A stretch of 64,000 bases of DNA from Candidatus Helarchaeota archaeon (GCA_019058315.1 JAHPZH010000005.1:1-64000), one strand, 5' to 3'; counted from the first letter of the stretch, positions 1-9,240 are shown. Numbers and translations: made by a program. The notes: generated from the sequence alone by a model not told the origin.

Positions 1-85
1 TTAATAATTTGACAATTTCAGTTGTGGTATATGGTCTATTTGTATTTGAAAAAATCGATAAAATGTCTTGAATAATTTGAACCAT
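1..85 (-). CDS. N-terminus of a probable winged-helix regulator (runs off the window edge)
   Basis: Manual translation from ATG at 85: MVQIIQDILSIFSNTNRPYTTTEIVKLL; GGAG RBS upstream; P-x-TT-x-EI pattern typical of wHTH starts. Confidence 0.5.
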   Translation of the reverse strand, partial: MVQIIQDILSIFSNTNRPYTTTEIVKLL

Positions 86-103
86 TTTTCTCCAACTTAA
101 CTT

Positions 104-130
104 GTTAACTAACTAGTTAATGAACTAGTG
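104..130. promoter_or_regulatory. Palindromic putative operator (TAACTAGTTA at 110-119, second ACTAGT at 124-129)
   Basis: Perfect 10-bp palindrome plus a repeated core, just upstream of the wHTH gene. Confidence 0.35.
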
Positions 131-408
131 ATTTTTTAAATTTTTCTAATTACTAATTTTTTCAAAGATCGCTGCACCCCTAATTGGATTCCTTGTATGT
201 TTATTGTTCTATCTTCGCTCTCGTTAATCAATCAATTTAAAAGCAATTTATAATAAAACAACGAAAATTATAAATTTATAAGTTAGAAAAATAATATTTA
301 AAAGAAATTAGAAGGGTGTTAAAATTGGCTTTGAAAAAAAACAAACCTCAATGTTTAAGTGACACCATTATGGGGGTGTATTAAACGCCAAATACTGCTG
401 GAAAAATT

Positions 409-807
409 ATGGGAATAATAGGTGGCTGTTTATCAGTCTTTATTGGATGGTTTTATTCTACAGAGGGTGCAGGTGGACCAGGAGCTACAACATTTTTAAT
501 TATAATGAAATTTTGTATGATCGCAGGAGGAATAATTGCCATTATTGGTGGAAGCAAAGCAGATTCGGACCCAAAAACCTCGAGGGTTTTATTGATTCTA
601 GGAGGTATTTTAGCTTTTGGAAATCTATTATCTATTATTGCTGGAATCTTGGTAAAAGAAGATGAATTTGTTCTTGGTTCAGAAGAGGGGAGAGTAATAG
701 AACAAACTTCCCCGCTTGGCAGTAATTTTGAATTTTGTGCTAATTGTGGTGCCAGAATACCTAGAGGCACAAAAGATTGCGAATTTTGTGGAAAAACAGT
801 AGAATAA
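409..807 (+). CDS. Small multi-pass membrane protein with C-terminal zinc ribbon
   Basis: Several hydrophobic Gly-rich segments; FCANCG...CEFCG. Confidence 0.75.
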   Translation: MGIIGGCLSVFIGWFYSTEGAGGPGATTFLIIMKFCMIAGGIIAIIGGSKADSDPKTSRVLLILGGILAFGNLLSIIAGILVKEDEFVLGSEEGRVIEQTSPLGSNFEFCANCGARIPRGTKDCEFCGKTVE

Positions 808-823
808 AGTAGGAGGTGAGTTA

Positions 824-934
824 ATGGATGAATATTCAACGGGAAAGAAAGTGGCTGCAGCCATCGGGGCAATTTTATTAATCTTGCTTGGAATTATCAT
901 GATATATGTTACTATATTTGGGTTTCCAAGGTAA
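824..934 (+). CDS. 36-aa single-pass membrane microprotein (not in the ORF track)
   Basis: MDEYSTGKKVAAAIGAILLILLGIIMIYVTIFGFPR*; strong RBS AGGAGGTGA at 811-819. Confidence 0.65.
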   Translation: MDEYSTGKKVAAAIGAILLILLGIIMIYVTIFGFPR

Positions 935-1100
935 AAAGTCGAGATTTAATTGAAAAATACTTTGTTTTTTACATACTTCCAAAAATGATGATGAAAGGGG
1001 GTTTATCTCTTATGAATTTCAACATTAAAAAAGGGTTGGAAAAGGAGAATGAATTTTTGGAAGTTTAATAATATAAGATAATCGAAAAGGTGATTGTGAT

Positions 1101-1613
1101 ATGAAGGATTTAGAACTGGAACGAAAAGTTGAAGTTCAATCTAGCGTAATAAATCTGATTGGTGGGATAATATTTACTATTATAGGGTTAGTCGATCTAA
1201 TACCTACAAGCCACGTGTTTCAATCAAGCATACCATCTCCTCCTTGGCTATTAATTGCTTTTCTTTATTTCTATGTTGGTTGTGTCGAAATGATTGAGTA
1301 CCAACATGCAAAATCTCACTATCTGAAATATCCCAGTAATGATTTGTGTGATTTATGTGGTGAAAATGTGGAAAAGATAAAAATAAGAAGGTATGGAGGG
1401 GGTCTCAGACTTATATTATGCAAAAAATGCCATAAGAAACAGTATATATTTGATGCAATAGGTTTAGAGATCGTACTTTTTATATTAATTCTATCATTCT
1501 TTCTTCTATATCCTAGGTCTACTGATATTTCTATAATTATTGTGCTTTCTCTATATATTTGTTCGGCAGTAACAATCCCTCCAGTCATAATATTTCAAAT
1601 TCGAAGATATTAG
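1101..1613 (+). CDS. Membrane protein with central zinc finger
   Basis: Four TM-like segments around CDLCG...LCKKC; AAGGTGA RBS. Confidence 0.75.
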   Translation: MKDLELERKVEVQSSVINLIGGIIFTIIGLVDLIPTSHVFQSSIPSPPWLLIAFLYFYVGCVEMIEYQHAKSHYLKYPSNDLCDLCGENVEKIKIRRYGGGLRLILCKKCHKKQYIFDAIGLEIVLFILILSFFLLYPRSTDISIIIVLSLYICSAVTIPPVIIFQIRRY

Positions 1614-1648
1614 TACGGATCTAATAAAAAAAAAGAGGATATTTTGAA

Positions 1649-2203
1649 TCAATAAAATACTGTATATTGGATTATAGCGATTATATCTACGGAAATTTCG
1701 CCATCGGTAACATTTTTCGCTTGATTATAAACGCCTAAGTTGAAAGTATTGCCGGTCTTATTTGGAAGATAAAAGTCATTCCAAGTATTCCTGCCCCAAT
1801 TATTGCCATTATCAACAGAAAAACTGCAATATAGTCCAGAGTTATTTACTCCCGATATTGTGAAATTCATGTAGATTTGTACACTACCATGATCCGACTC
1901 AGAAGTGTTTGTTACTACCCACAACCAATCAAGTCGTGTTCTATTTTCTATAGACCAGATTTTAGATATCTTATATACTTGATATTGAGCGTCCTGAATT
2001 ACTATTTCTTCGACATGGATAGTTTCTGTATCAGTTGATTGGGGAGTTTGTCCGTTATCATCTTCTGTTTTAGGTATCTGAGTTAGAAATATCAATGGGT
2101 TCATAGTTTCTGGTTTCGCCACCGCTAAATAGCCGAATGTAAGACCAAAAGCTCCTAACGTAAGAGCAATTATAGTAATTGCTCCCAAAATGTTTTTTTT
2201 CAT
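1649..2203 (-). CDS. N-terminally anchored or secreted beta-rich protein
   Basis: MKK + hydrophobic helix, linker, several N-x-S/T sequons; GGGGG RBS. Confidence 0.7.
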   Translation of the reverse strand: MKKNILGAITIIALTLGAFGLTFGYLAVAKPETMNPLIFLTQIPKTEDDNGQTPQSTDTETIHVEEIVIQDAQYQVYKISKIWSIENRTRLDWLWVVTNTSESDHGSVQIYMNFTISGVNNSGLYCSFSVDNGNNWGRNTWNDFYLPNKTGNTFNLGVYNQAKNVTDGEISVDIIAIIQYTVFY

Positions 2204-2252
2204 GTTATTACCCCCGAATTTTCATTATTGGGTTATTTATTATTTCTCACAG

Positions 2253-2268
2253 GGTCTTTTAAATTTTT
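2253..2268 (-). promoter_or_regulatory. BRE/TATA promoter, copy 1 (AAAAATTTAAAAGACC)
   Basis: Identical 16-mer at 2990-3005; each copy lies ~45-50 bp upstream of a minus-strand start. Confidence 0.55.
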
Positions 2269-2382
2269 ACAAATGATTAGCAGTCTCAGAAGGAATTGCG
2301 GCTGTCGTTGCTGGTGCTATCACCACCAAAGAAAAAAATAGAAAATTTTGTTGAAGATTTATGATATCGGATTGAAATATTT

Positions 2383-2748
2383 TTATGAAAGAACCATAAA
2401 GACAATTAATGCCATTATGACTCCAAGGAATGTCATAGCAATAAAGAAATATAATATATCATAAATTGCAGACTTTATTTTTTTTAATTCAGTCAAAATT
2501 CCATAATTTATTTGTTCACTTAAAGTCTTATCTTCCGTTGATTGATATTTAAACACCAGATTCTTTTCATATAATTTATCTATCCTTTTATTTATCATAT
2601 CTATGGGCATACTTGTCTCTATAGTTCCATCATATTTACCTTTTAATAGTTCCAGACATTTTTGGATTGCCTCTTCAAATTTCCCTTCTTTTTCAAGTTT
2701 ATTTACTTCTTTCATCAGGCTTGGTAATACATATGGCAAAAACATCAA
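2383..2748 (-). CDS. Hypothetical protein with C-terminal TM helix
   Basis: TPR-like EGKFEEAIQKC helix; hydrophobic C-terminus; 4-bp overlap with the upstream gene. Confidence 0.6.
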   Translation of the reverse strand: MMFLPYVLPSLMKEVNKLEKEGKFEEAIQKCLELLKGKYDGTIETSMPIDMINKRIDKLYEKNLVFKYQSTEDKTLSEQINYGILTELKKIKSAIYDILYFFIAMTFLGVIMALIVFMVLS

Positions 2749-2945
2749 CTCCTATGATTTTCTTCTTTTTCAAGTAGTGCTAATGATAGTGTGGGACTTA
2801 ATGTACAAATTAAAACTAATATAATTAAAAGATTAGATGGTAAATTGCTAAAAAATCCGTAATATATTAAAATAATATATAAAATAGCATTACTGGCTAT
2901 CAATTGAATTAAAACATAATAGACCACTCGGTTCTGTTTAAACAT
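2745..2945 (-). CDS. Two-TM small membrane protein; start revised to ATG at 2945
   Basis: GGAGGAT RBS at 2951-2957 precedes MFKQNRVV; the promoter copy at 2990-3005 leaves no room for the 2987 start. Confidence 0.55.
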   Translation of the reverse strand: MFKQNRVVYYVLIQLIASNAILYIILIYYGFFSNLPSNLLIILVLICTLSPTLSLALLEKEENHRS

Positions 2946-2989
2946 AAAAAATCCTCCATTAATAATTTCGTTATTTTTATTTATCATAA

Positions 2990-3005
2990 GGTCTTTTAAA
3001 TTTTT
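2990..3005 (-). promoter_or_regulatory. BRE/TATA promoter, copy 2
   Basis: Identical to 2253-2268. Confidence 0.55.
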
Positions 3006-3030
3006 TAAAAATAACTAAAATGGTTTCTTT

Positions 3031-3192
3031 ATGACATATAAAATAGAATATTTTTATTTCGATTACAGTTTGGTCTTAACGTGTTCATGTGGTAGAGTTT
3101 CCAAGCAATTCGGTTCGAACCATACCAATACTTTCAAGTGTCCGTGCGGGTTAACATATAAAGTATTGCCAGAAGTAGTTAAAATTAAATAG
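3031..3192 (+). CDS. 53-aa CPxCG-like zinc-ribbon microprotein (not in the ORF track)
   Basis: MTYKIEYFYFDYSLVLTCSCGRVSKQFGSNHTNTFKCPCGLTYKVLPEVVKIK*; paired CxCG knuckles. Confidence 0.65.
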   Translation: MTYKIEYFYFDYSLVLTCSCGRVSKQFGSNHTNTFKCPCGLTYKVLPEVVKIK

Positions 3193-3255
3193 TTGAATTA
3201 ACTAAATCATTAATTAAGTAAGAAATTTTATTGGGAAAAGGGTTATCGATGAATT

Positions 3256-4290
3256 ATGAAGAATGAAGATATAATAAAAACACTCTCAATCATGTATGGA
3301 AACTTAAAAAAAATTGGTTTTCAAGCCGTAAATAGCTTTTTAATATTTAAACATAGAGAGATAAAAGCATTTATTATGGAAACTCATGAATTATTTGAAA
3401 CTTTTGTTGATTATAACAAAAAAAAATTTAATAAATTTTCTGAAATTTTTAGATTATTTCTCTATAAAACTAGTAATATGAAATCTTTTATACATCCTGC
3501 ATTTCTCCGAGCTTTAAGCGAAGACAAACGAAAAAGTGGAGAACTAAGTTCTTTATATAATGATCTTTTTTTAAAGAAAGACGAATTAAGAAAAATTATT
3601 CAGAACCGGAAGTTGCAGAGTGAGAGGAAAATAGATAATACCTTAAAATTATCACGAGACATAGAAGAAGTTTGGAAGGAACTTGGCGATTTCACCACTG
3701 AAGAAAAAACACAATTTAAAGAATCTGTAGAGTCACATTGGAATGATCCCTTATTACTTGAATCTGATGCTAATAGTGTTGTTCAAAAAATCAAAAGGAC
3801 TTACGAATCTTATAGATATGTTAATGGATTTTATTTAGCATTATTTGATTTCATTTCTGGTGAAAAATTAGAAAGAATAGAAAGAAATTATTTTGAAGAA
3901 AAGCGTTTTGCAAATAAAGATATGTATTTTTATCCTGAATGGAGAAAAACTAACAAGAATTTTTATCGCCATGATCTCCCATGTCTTAAGGAATATCTTA
4001 CTAATCCAAAATTTACATATCAAGGGCTTAATTATGTTTTTAAATGGGTATTTGAAGGTCAAAATACAAAGATTATACGAGATCTGGAATCTCATTCTAT
4101 GGATGATGTAACTCAAGATCGCATTAACGAAGGATTTTATTGCTTTTATTCTAAAAGTGGAAATAAATATATTCCAATTAACGAATTATTCAAGACCCAA
4201 AATGACCTATTTAATTTCTTTTTGATTATAAAATGGGTAGGATTTTTATTTTCCACCAGAATGATGTATGAATACGAATTTCTCCCTTGA
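3256..4290 (+). CDS. Helical protein with putative C-terminal HEPN RNase motif
   Basis: IRDLESH (R-x4-H) followed by a short beta hairpin and terminal helix; central coiled coil. Confidence 0.5.
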   Translation: MKNEDIIKTLSIMYGNLKKIGFQAVNSFLIFKHREIKAFIMETHELFETFVDYNKKKFNKFSEIFRLFLYKTSNMKSFIHPAFLRALSEDKRKSGELSSLYNDLFLKKDELRKIIQNRKLQSERKIDNTLKLSRDIEEVWKELGDFTTEEKTQFKESVESHWNDPLLLESDANSVVQKIKRTYESYRYVNGFYLALFDFISGEKLERIERNYFEEKRFANKDMYFYPEWRKTNKNFYRHDLPCLKEYLTNPKFTYQGLNYVFKWVFEGQNTKIIRDLESHSMDDVTQDRINEGFYCFYSKSGNKYIPINELFKTQNDLFNFFLIIKWVGFLFSTRMMYEYEFLP

Positions 4291-4335
4291 AAATTAAATT
4301 AAGAATCAATAATTGAATATAAATATGAATTAGTC

Positions 4336-5124
4336 ATGATTAAAAAAGGTTTAATTTTTTGGGACTTAGAAAATAAAATCAATCCAGATAAAATACAAGT
4401 AATTAATAACTTAGAAACATTCAAAGCCTTTTTGGATGAAATTAACTGGACATACAAAATTAAGCCCGCTAATTCTAAGATTTATTTTAATTACGAATTT
4501 ATCACTATATTTAACCGGGATGGAAAAAAAATTCATGAATTACCATGTATTAATGGGTTACCAGTTGGATTCCTATTTCGTGAAGTAGATTTAAAATATA
4601 ATGTGCTAGTAAGATGTGTTATTTTTGGTGAAGGAAAAGCAGTAATATTCCATGAAATAGGGCATATAAAAGATAGTCTGGAGATTATGGATTTAATCCA
4701 AGATTTTAGGAAAGCACTTAGTGATATTATTAAAAAACAAATAGATATTTCATCTGATAAGTTGAATTATGGAGTAAAATACATATCGGTTATGTTTGAA
4801 AATTTCTCCATAAATACCCGTATGTTAAAAAAAGGAATTGATGTTCCCCTTTATATTGATTCATTAGATACAAACTTACGTCGCATTTGGAGCCAAGGAG
4901 ATGCTGAACTTTTTGATCAAATTGAAGCTGCCATTACTATCTTATTTTTAGAACATTTCAATCAGATTCCAGATTTCACTGAAGAATTTTTAATTAAATA
5001 TCCATTAGTACAATGTATAATAAAGAATGTAAAAGATCTTATAGAGGAAATAAACGGGCATATGTTGAGTGGAAAATTTTTCTCTAAATTTATATCGAAG
5101 CTAATGGACTGCTGTGAAAAATGA
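4336..5124 (+). CDS. Zincin-like HExxH metallopeptidase
   Basis: VIFHEIGH plus downstream FENFSIN...KKG third-ligand helix. Confidence 0.6.
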   Translation: MIKKGLIFWDLENKINPDKIQVINNLETFKAFLDEINWTYKIKPANSKIYFNYEFITIFNRDGKKIHELPCINGLPVGFLFREVDLKYNVLVRCVIFGEGKAVIFHEIGHIKDSLEIMDLIQDFRKALSDIIKKQIDISSDKLNYGVKYISVMFENFSINTRMLKKGIDVPLYIDSLDTNLRRIWSQGDAELFDQIEAAITILFLEHFNQIPDFTEEFLIKYPLVQCIIKNVKDLIEEINGHMLSGKFFSKFISKLMDCCEK

Positions 5125-6458
5125 AGATAAATACTTGTCAAATATGTGGAAAATATAATAAATCAAGTATTTATTTTTGTAGAAATTGTTTTGATCAAAT
5201 GGAATTTTTGGATTATATAGAGAAAAATGACCTCTATTATAAAAGATTTTGTTATTTATCTGATTTGCTAGAGTATTTTTTGTTGAATTATATATTAAAA
5301 TCAAAGGAATCAGCTAAAAAAATTGCAGAAAACTTCTTAAAAGTTATGGAAAGTTGTGATGAGCCTATTTATAATCAAAAAGGTGTTCCTGAGGCATATA
5401 CTATAGTACATTTTTTAGATAGATATCATAGATTTCAATTAATTTCAAAAAAACTTCTTATTCATAGATTATTACCATTAAGAAAAGAAGAGATCAATAT
5501 ATTAGGAATTGGTCCAGGACCAGCTCCGTCATTATTTGCAATTTCAGATACATATTCATTTTTAAAAATATATGGAAAAGAAACAAATACAGATTTTTTA
5601 CAAAATATTCAGTTTGATATAAAATATATCGAGAAGAGCATGGAATTTCATAATTGGTTGGATAAATTTGTTCGTTTTGTAAATGGAATCGATGAAGAAA
5701 AGTATAAAATGGACTTAAGCAAATATAATTCATACAATTTTAGATGGAACTTGCCTTATTATTCTGGGAGAAATCAAAACGGAAGGCTAAAAATGGATTT
5801 TTTACAAAGAATGTCTCTAGATATTGATGTTTCTCTCCCATATAAACCTGATATTATTACAGATTTAAAAAACGTAGATTTTAGAAAAAAGAAAAAAGAG
5901 CTTTTTGAGAGATTAAAGAAATATTACGGATTTGGAGAAAAATCTTTTAGTCAAGTTGAATTTGATTTAGATTTTCCATTTTGGAGACATTCTCATAGAT
6001 TTAACTTTATTATATTTAGTTATTTTTTGACTCAGGAAACTTTGTTAGAAATTTTCCAGAGCAAAATTAAAACCTGTGCGGATTCTTTAAAGAAACAAGG
6101 ATTATTATTATTTGTGGGAGGAAAAGGTGAAAAATATTTAAGAATTTATGATGAAATTTTTAAAATCTTAACAAGACCAACATTTCGAAGAAGTAGCTCT
6201 ACTTCATTTTGTAAAAAATGTAGTTTAGATGAAGATGAAATGGAATATCATTTTAAGGATGATAGATATGGAAAAAGAATAAAGAAGTTCCATAATATCA
6301 TTTTAGATAGATTCAAAGAGTTAGGAACTTATCAATTTATACCTCATGCAGCGATTGTAAATTTAAATAACTGGAAAACAAGATGGAAAATAAATATGTA
6401 CAAAAAAATTATGCGTCTAAAACCACTTAAAGGAAAGAAAGGATTTTTTAAAAAATAA
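5121..6458 (+). CDS. Class I SAM-dependent methyltransferase (Rsm22-like) with N-terminal zinc ribbon
   Basis: CQICG...FCRNC; motif I ILGIGPGPAPS; FNFIIFSYFLT; LKKQGLLLFVGG; ATGA overlap with the peptidase. Confidence 0.6.
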   Translation: MKINTCQICGKYNKSSIYFCRNCFDQMEFLDYIEKNDLYYKRFCYLSDLLEYFLLNYILKSKESAKKIAENFLKVMESCDEPIYNQKGVPEAYTIVHFLDRYHRFQLISKKLLIHRLLPLRKEEINILGIGPGPAPSLFAISDTYSFLKIYGKETNTDFLQNIQFDIKYIEKSMEFHNWLDKFVRFVNGIDEEKYKMDLSKYNSYNFRWNLPYYSGRNQNGRLKMDFLQRMSLDIDVSLPYKPDIITDLKNVDFRKKKKELFERLKKYYGFGEKSFSQVEFDLDFPFWRHSHRFNFIIFSYFLTQETLLEIFQSKIKTCADSLKKQGLLLFVGGKGEKYLRIYDEIFKILTRPTFRRSSSTSFCKKCSLDEDEMEYHFKDDRYGKRIKKFHNIILDRFKELGTYQFIPHAAIVNLNNWKTRWKINMYKKIMRLKPLKGKKGFFKK

Positions 6459-6685
6459 ATGTGCCATTTTGGTCGTGACTTCCTTGGAGATTGTAAGGGA
6501 ACGGATTAAGAAAGAGAAAGAACCAGAGTTTGACGCGGAAACGCTAAATAGTGCGGTATTAGGGGGCTGGCAGCGGGGAGGTTGCAATATGATACGAAAT
6601 TTTTTACTCAGTTGAATAGATTTTATCCTGATTTGAAAATAAATGAATTTGAATAAATCTTTTCACACATTTTTAAAAATTTGAA

Positions 6686-6727
6686 TTTTCGGATCGGTTG
6701 CGAAAACTTTTTTAACCGGTTCGAAAA
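6686..6727. promoter_or_regulatory. Putative operator upstream of the 6738 gene
   Basis: Inverted repeat TTTTCG-N9-CGAAAA, palindrome AACCGGTT, direct repeat CGGTT(G)CGAAAA. Confidence 0.4.
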
Positions 6728-6737
6728 AGTATAAATT

Positions 6738-7862
6738 ATGAACAATAAAATTTACAATTATTTAGAAAAGACTTTCTCTGACCAATCTATTGCTTTTGTC
6801 GAACTGGATAAAGTTTCAAAAGATTTAGAAATAACTTCTTATAAAGTAAAAAAAGGGATTGAGAATTTTAAAAAATTTACATTAAACCAGATAAATCCCC
6901 CTCGTGGACCTTATATTATCACAAGAACTAAAAAATTCGACCAATACGATTTAATATCATACATTTTTCATCTCAGTGCAGCAGTGTCACCGACTAAAGG
7001 AGAAAAAGGGGGAAATATTAGCATAGAACAGAGTTGGGATGAAAATAATAATAAAATTATCAAATTAATGTTAAAATTCGAGAAACCAAGATACCCTTTC
7101 TATATATCAGTTAAAATCATAGAGAGTTATGTGGAATCGAGTTCTCTAGAACTAAAGATAGGTTCTGAGATACAAATGAATGCAAACGATGCTGAATCAC
7201 AGTATGTATTCAAAGGTTGGGACTCAAATACTTTTGAATTTACAAAAAAAATAATTGAGGAGAAGCTAAACAAATGGTTGATAACGCGAAAAAACTTTAG
7301 GGTTTATGATGTAGCTGAATTCGACAGAGAAAATTTTAAAAGGAAATTTTTAGAAAAAAATGATTTTAAACCTCAATTAAATGAATTAATCAAAGATTTT
7401 AAAAGGAAATTTTTAGAAAAAAAGGATTTTACATCGCAATTAAATGAACTAATCAAAGATTCCTTAGAAAAAATTTATTTAACGACCACTTCTTTAATAA
7501 AATTTGATATTTTTAACAGTCTGTTAAATAAAAAACTTAAGAATCCCGAAATTGATATAAGGATTTTGATCTATGTATCACCTGTTATAAAGGTTCAGAA
7601 ACTTGGAGATTTGATTAAAAAACTATCTGAAGCCGGTATAAAAGTCAAACCTAGGTCATTCGATTCTAACCATATTTCATTAATTAGTGAATTAGGAGAA
7701 TTAAGGGGTCGTCTAAACATTACTGCACCTAACGCAACTACTCTTGATGACATAAATAATTCGAATATTACCTCAAATCTTGATCTAACCTTTTTTGAAA
7801 AAGACTTTTTTAAAATAAAAAGGGATATTTTATTATTTGAGCGAATGTGGGAAGAAAAATAA
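6738..7862 (+). CDS. N-terminal wHTH plus C-terminal TrmB/PLD-like domain protein
   Basis: LDKVSKDLEITSYKVKKGI HTH; IYLTT...DIRILI...LSEAGIKVK...FERMWEE PLD-like pattern with no intact HKD motif. Confidence 0.5.
   Translation: MNNKIYNYLEKTFSDQSIAFVELDKVSKDLEITSYKVKKGIENFKKFTLNQINPPRGPYIITRTKKFDQYDLISYIFHLSAAVSPTKGEKGGNISIEQSWDENNNKIIKLMLKFEKPRYPFYISVKIIESYVESSSLELKIGSEIQMNANDAESQYVFKGWDSNTFEFTKKIIEEKLNKWLITRKNFRVYDVAEFDRENFKRKFLEKNDFKPQLNELIKDFKRKFLEKKDFTSQLNELIKDSLEKIYLTTTSLIKFDIFNSLLNKKLKNPEIDIRILIYVSPVIKVQKLGDLIKKLSEAGIKVKPRSFDSNHISLISELGELRGRLNITAPNATTLDDINNSNITSNLDLTFFEKDFFKIKRDILLFERMWEEK
7335..7460 (+). repeat. In-frame 63-bp tandem duplication (2 copies)
   Basis: FKRKFLEKNDFKPQLNELIKD / FKRKFLEKKDFTSQLNELIKD. 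Confidence 0.9.
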
Positions 7863-7871
7863 AGAAATTTA

Positions 7872-8858
7872 ATGTGTTTTCTTATGTCAAAAAATAAAAT
7901 AATTCGTAAGTCTTTGATAGAAGATTTATACTGTCATTTCAATAAAAAAATTAATTTTTTGACAAAAGAAGAAAAAGACTTAATTGAAAACTTTAATTTT
8001 AATCAAAGAATTGATACTTATTTTATAGTCCAAGATGTAGAACATAAGAGACATAAAAAGGGGAATAATTATTATTTATTGATAAATTTACAAGACGTAA
8101 CAGGGGAGTTTGTTGCAAAAAAATGGAACATACCTTATCAAGAAGCAAAGAAGATTTCGGATGAAATAAAAGGAAAAATTATTAGAATTAGGGGAATCAT
8201 TCGAAAGTTTAATGAAAGTCTCTATATTGAGATAGAAAAGGATAAAGAAATAGAAATTTTAAGTCCAGACAATTGTTGTGTAGACTTATTAAAAAGATCA
8301 GTAAAAAAATCCCCCGATTATCTACTGGAGCAAATTTTCTTAATAATAGATAATGAATTAGATGATTATGATTGGAAAAAACTCGCTAATGCAATACATG
8401 AGGATGATAAAATTTGTGAACGTCTTAAAATTGCACCTGCATCCACAAAATTTCATCAAAATTATAGTTCTGGATTAATCGAACATATATATGAAATGTT
8501 AAAGAAGTTTTTAGATGAAATAAAAAATCATAATTTGAATTGTAACAAAGATTTAGTTATTTTGGCAATATTAACACATGATATTGGGAAAATTGATTCG
8601 TATGACGGATTAGATCATTCATATAGGACAACTAAAAAAGAAAAAAAATGGGGTCATTCTTTAATTAGCATCGAAATTGTCCTAGAAAAGATATTAGGGA
8701 TTGAAAACTTTGATGAGAATAAAAAAACGGAATTAATCTATTTAATTGAAAATCATATGAGAAATAAAGTGAATTATAAAGATTCTGTGACAAAAGAGTT
8801 AAATATATTACGATTATTAGATTCTTATAATGCAGGAATGTCTAAATTTAGACTTTGA
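7872..8858 (+). CDS. yhaM: YhaM/Cbf1-family 3'-5' exonuclease (OB fold + HD domain)
   Basis: LQDVTGEFVAKKW OB fold; APASTKFHQNYSSGLIEH; LTHDIGK; GH motif. Confidence 0.8.
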   Translation: MCFLMSKNKIIRKSLIEDLYCHFNKKINFLTKEEKDLIENFNFNQRIDTYFIVQDVEHKRHKKGNNYYLLINLQDVTGEFVAKKWNIPYQEAKKISDEIKGKIIRIRGIIRKFNESLYIEIEKDKEIEILSPDNCCVDLLKRSVKKSPDYLLEQIFLIIDNELDDYDWKKLANAIHEDDKICERLKIAPASTKFHQNYSSGLIEHIYEMLKKFLDEIKNHNLNCNKDLVILAILTHDIGKIDSYDGLDHSYRTTKKEKKWGHSLISIEIVLEKILGIENFDENKKTELIYLIENHMRNKVNYKDSVTKELNILRLLDSYNAGMSKFRL

Positions 8859-9229
8859 ATGTGAGGGATAGATTGTCAGAAGAAAAGGAACTCATTGCAG
8901 CGTTCGAGAAATACAGAAAGAGTAAAATTGAAAATTTCAAGTATGAGCATAAGTCACGTCTCAAGGATCGGTTCCGATTTTTAGTTAATTTAATAGTCAA
9001 TAAGATCCCCTTGGACTCGGAAGTGGATTTCAAGGGGTTAAATGGGATGTGCAAGTGCGGGAAGAAAATAAGTAGGGGGTCTTTATACATGGATGGTACG
9101 GTTGTGGGGTCTACTTGTGCAAAAACCCTGAGTAATATTGCTGCTGAATTTTCAATGGTTGAGCAATTTATTATATTAAAAGAAGAGGAATTAAATAAGA
9201 AATTAAAAGAATTGAGAGAAGGAAAATAA
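8855..9229 (+). CDS. Small hypothetical protein with zinc-finger-like motif
   Basis: CKCGKKI...VGSTC; TTG start overlaps the upstream TGA. Confidence 0.55.
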   Translation: MNVRDRLSEEKELIAAFEKYRKSKIENFKYEHKSRLKDRFRFLVNLIVNKIPLDSEVDFKGLNGMCKCGKKISRGSLYMDGTVVGSTCAKTLSNIAAEFSMVEQFIILKEEELNKKLKELREGK

Positions 9230-9240
9230 AGAATGATCGC

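Noticed and set aside
986-1069. Short ORF MMMKGGLSLMNFNIKKGLEKENEFLEV
   Set aside because: Too short, with no motif or other support
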